From assembly GCA_002505775.1 (NCBI GenBank), contig DAVY01000007.1, forward strand, positions 12,656 to 76,655: 64,000 nucleotides of DNA, given 5' to 3'. The position numbers were made by a program, and so were the translations under genes. Positions within the stretch are counted from its first letter, which is position 1. Each line of letters starts with the position of its first letter. Source of the DNA: Euryarchaeota archaeon UBA130. GTDB lineage: Archaea; Thermoplasmatota; Poseidoniia; Poseidoniales; Thalassarchaeaceae. This document shows positions 63,460 through 64,000 of this stretch, piece by piece. The notes under the pieces are model-generated. The model ran no database searches. It was given only the letters and a program-made list of their open reading frames with translations, and was not told where the DNA came from.

Positions 63460-64000
63460 ATGGAAGATATAATCAATAATTATAGATCGCAAATAGATAT
63501 CCAAGAGGTCAAAAAAAGGTTTCCTGAGATGACGGAATCAGAGACCCCGGTGTGGTATGGAGGTCCAGCACTGATGTCCATGTCTGGAAAATATGCCCTC
63601 TCAATATTGGTGCTACTAGTGCATATGGTTTTCTTTTGGGCGGCTAAATTCGAAGACGTAGAAGGGGAAGGTAATCTAAATTTGGTGGTCGGACTAGCTA
63701 AGGTACTTCTCGATGTGTCAGGTGTTTTCGGATTTGTCATTGTTATGATGTTGATAGCCAAAATCAACCACTTTTTGAACACCTCAACATCAGGGGGATG
63801 GACCACATCTTGGCTGGTCATCAATGGATTAATTCCCTTTACAATTGTTATAATGGACTGGGGAGGGAAGCTAGTTGGTAACTTTACCGATGGCGTTCCG
63901 GATACGCCAATGTGGCTAGATTGGTATTACCCGCTTCTAGGAGTACTTTCCACATCCTTCTCCCTGGCAATCACCACCCACTACAGAAACTCATTCCAGT
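63460..64000 (+). CDS. Partial hypothetical membrane protein (runs off the window), last visible gene of the ABC operon
   Basis: Absent from the ORF track. ATG at 63460, 8 nt after the previous stop, then open to base 64000 (checked codon by codon). The translation MEDIINNYRSQIDIQEVKKRFPEMTESETPVWYGGPALMSMSGKYALSILVLLVHMVFFWAA shows at least 4 hydrophobic helices. The 63480..63824 minus-strand ORF is its shadow. Confidence 0.55.
   Translation, partial: MEDIINNYRSQIDIQEVKKRFPEMTESETPVWYGGPALMSMSGKYALSILVLLVHMVFFWAAKFEDVEGEGNLNLVVGLAKVLLDVSGVFGFVIVMMLIAKINHFLNTSTSGGWTTSWLVINGLIPFTIVIMDWGGKLVGNFTDGVPDTPMWLDWYYPLLGVLSTSFSLAITTHYRNSFQ

Noticed and set aside
1-64000. Search by eye for CRISPR arrays, tRNA/rRNA genes, transposases, integrases, prophage or defence-island signatures, and tandem DNA repeats.
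   Set aside because: I saw no regularly spaced direct repeats, no cloverleaf-like sequences in the few intergenic gaps over 60 nt, and no recombinase, Cas, restriction or toxin-like ORFs. The repetitive PKD-like domains of the adhesin are divergent at the DNA level. A dedicated tRNA/ncRNA scan could still find small elements I missed.

Overview
The window looks like a gene-dense chromosomal segment (about 57 protein-coding genes) of an uncultured archaeon. All family calls come from motif recognition by eye, since no alignments or HMM searches could be run. Archaeal hallmarks are a TATA-box binding protein, archaeosine tRNA-guanine transglycosylase, RibL-type FAD synthetase, mevalonate kinase and a SepF-like protein. 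Many bacterial-type metabolic genes and several very large, acidic, membrane-anchored surface proteins are mixed in. By inference this fits a marine planktonic Thermoplasmatota (Marine Group II/III-like) heterotroph. I found no rRNA, tRNA, CRISPR array, transposase, integrase or prophage signature. Genes are packed tightly, with many 4-nt start/stop overlaps that suggest operons. Recognisable blocks:
- A molybdenum-hydroxylase (XDH/CoxSLM-family) locus with XdhC and MocA maturation genes (0.9-11 kb).
- Acyl-CoA dehydrogenase, a CaCA exchanger and a fused 2-oxoacid dehydrogenase E1 alpha/beta (11-16 kb).
- MoeB-rhodanese, TrxR and a ribB-ribL-ribE-ribH riboflavin/FAD operon (16-20.5 kb).
- A 1271-aa subtilase fused to an AmpG-type MFS permease (20.6-24.4 kb).
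- A membrane pyrophosphatase (26-28 kb).
- A TBP, giant PKD adhesin and SepF-like array (32-37 kb).
- Mevalonate kinase next to a membrane HdrDE-like Fe-S oxidoreductase (37-40 kb).
- CysRS and IleRS flanking two surface hydrolase-like proteins (41-50 kb).
- A fused aconitase-X protein and ArcTGT (53.6-57.5 kb).
- A compact operon of at least six genes encoding a two-ATPase, two-permease ABC-2 system with an acidic Ca-binding-like ectodomain and a Trp-rich unknown protein (57.6-64 kb).
The most interesting candidates are:
- the protease-permease fusion;
- the atypical ABC operon;
- a TBP with a ~55-aa acidic insertion in its second repeat;
- an ArcTGT whose CxCxxC zinc-site cysteines are all substituted;
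- a Zn-ribbon-tagged fused E1 with no E2/E3 partner in the window.
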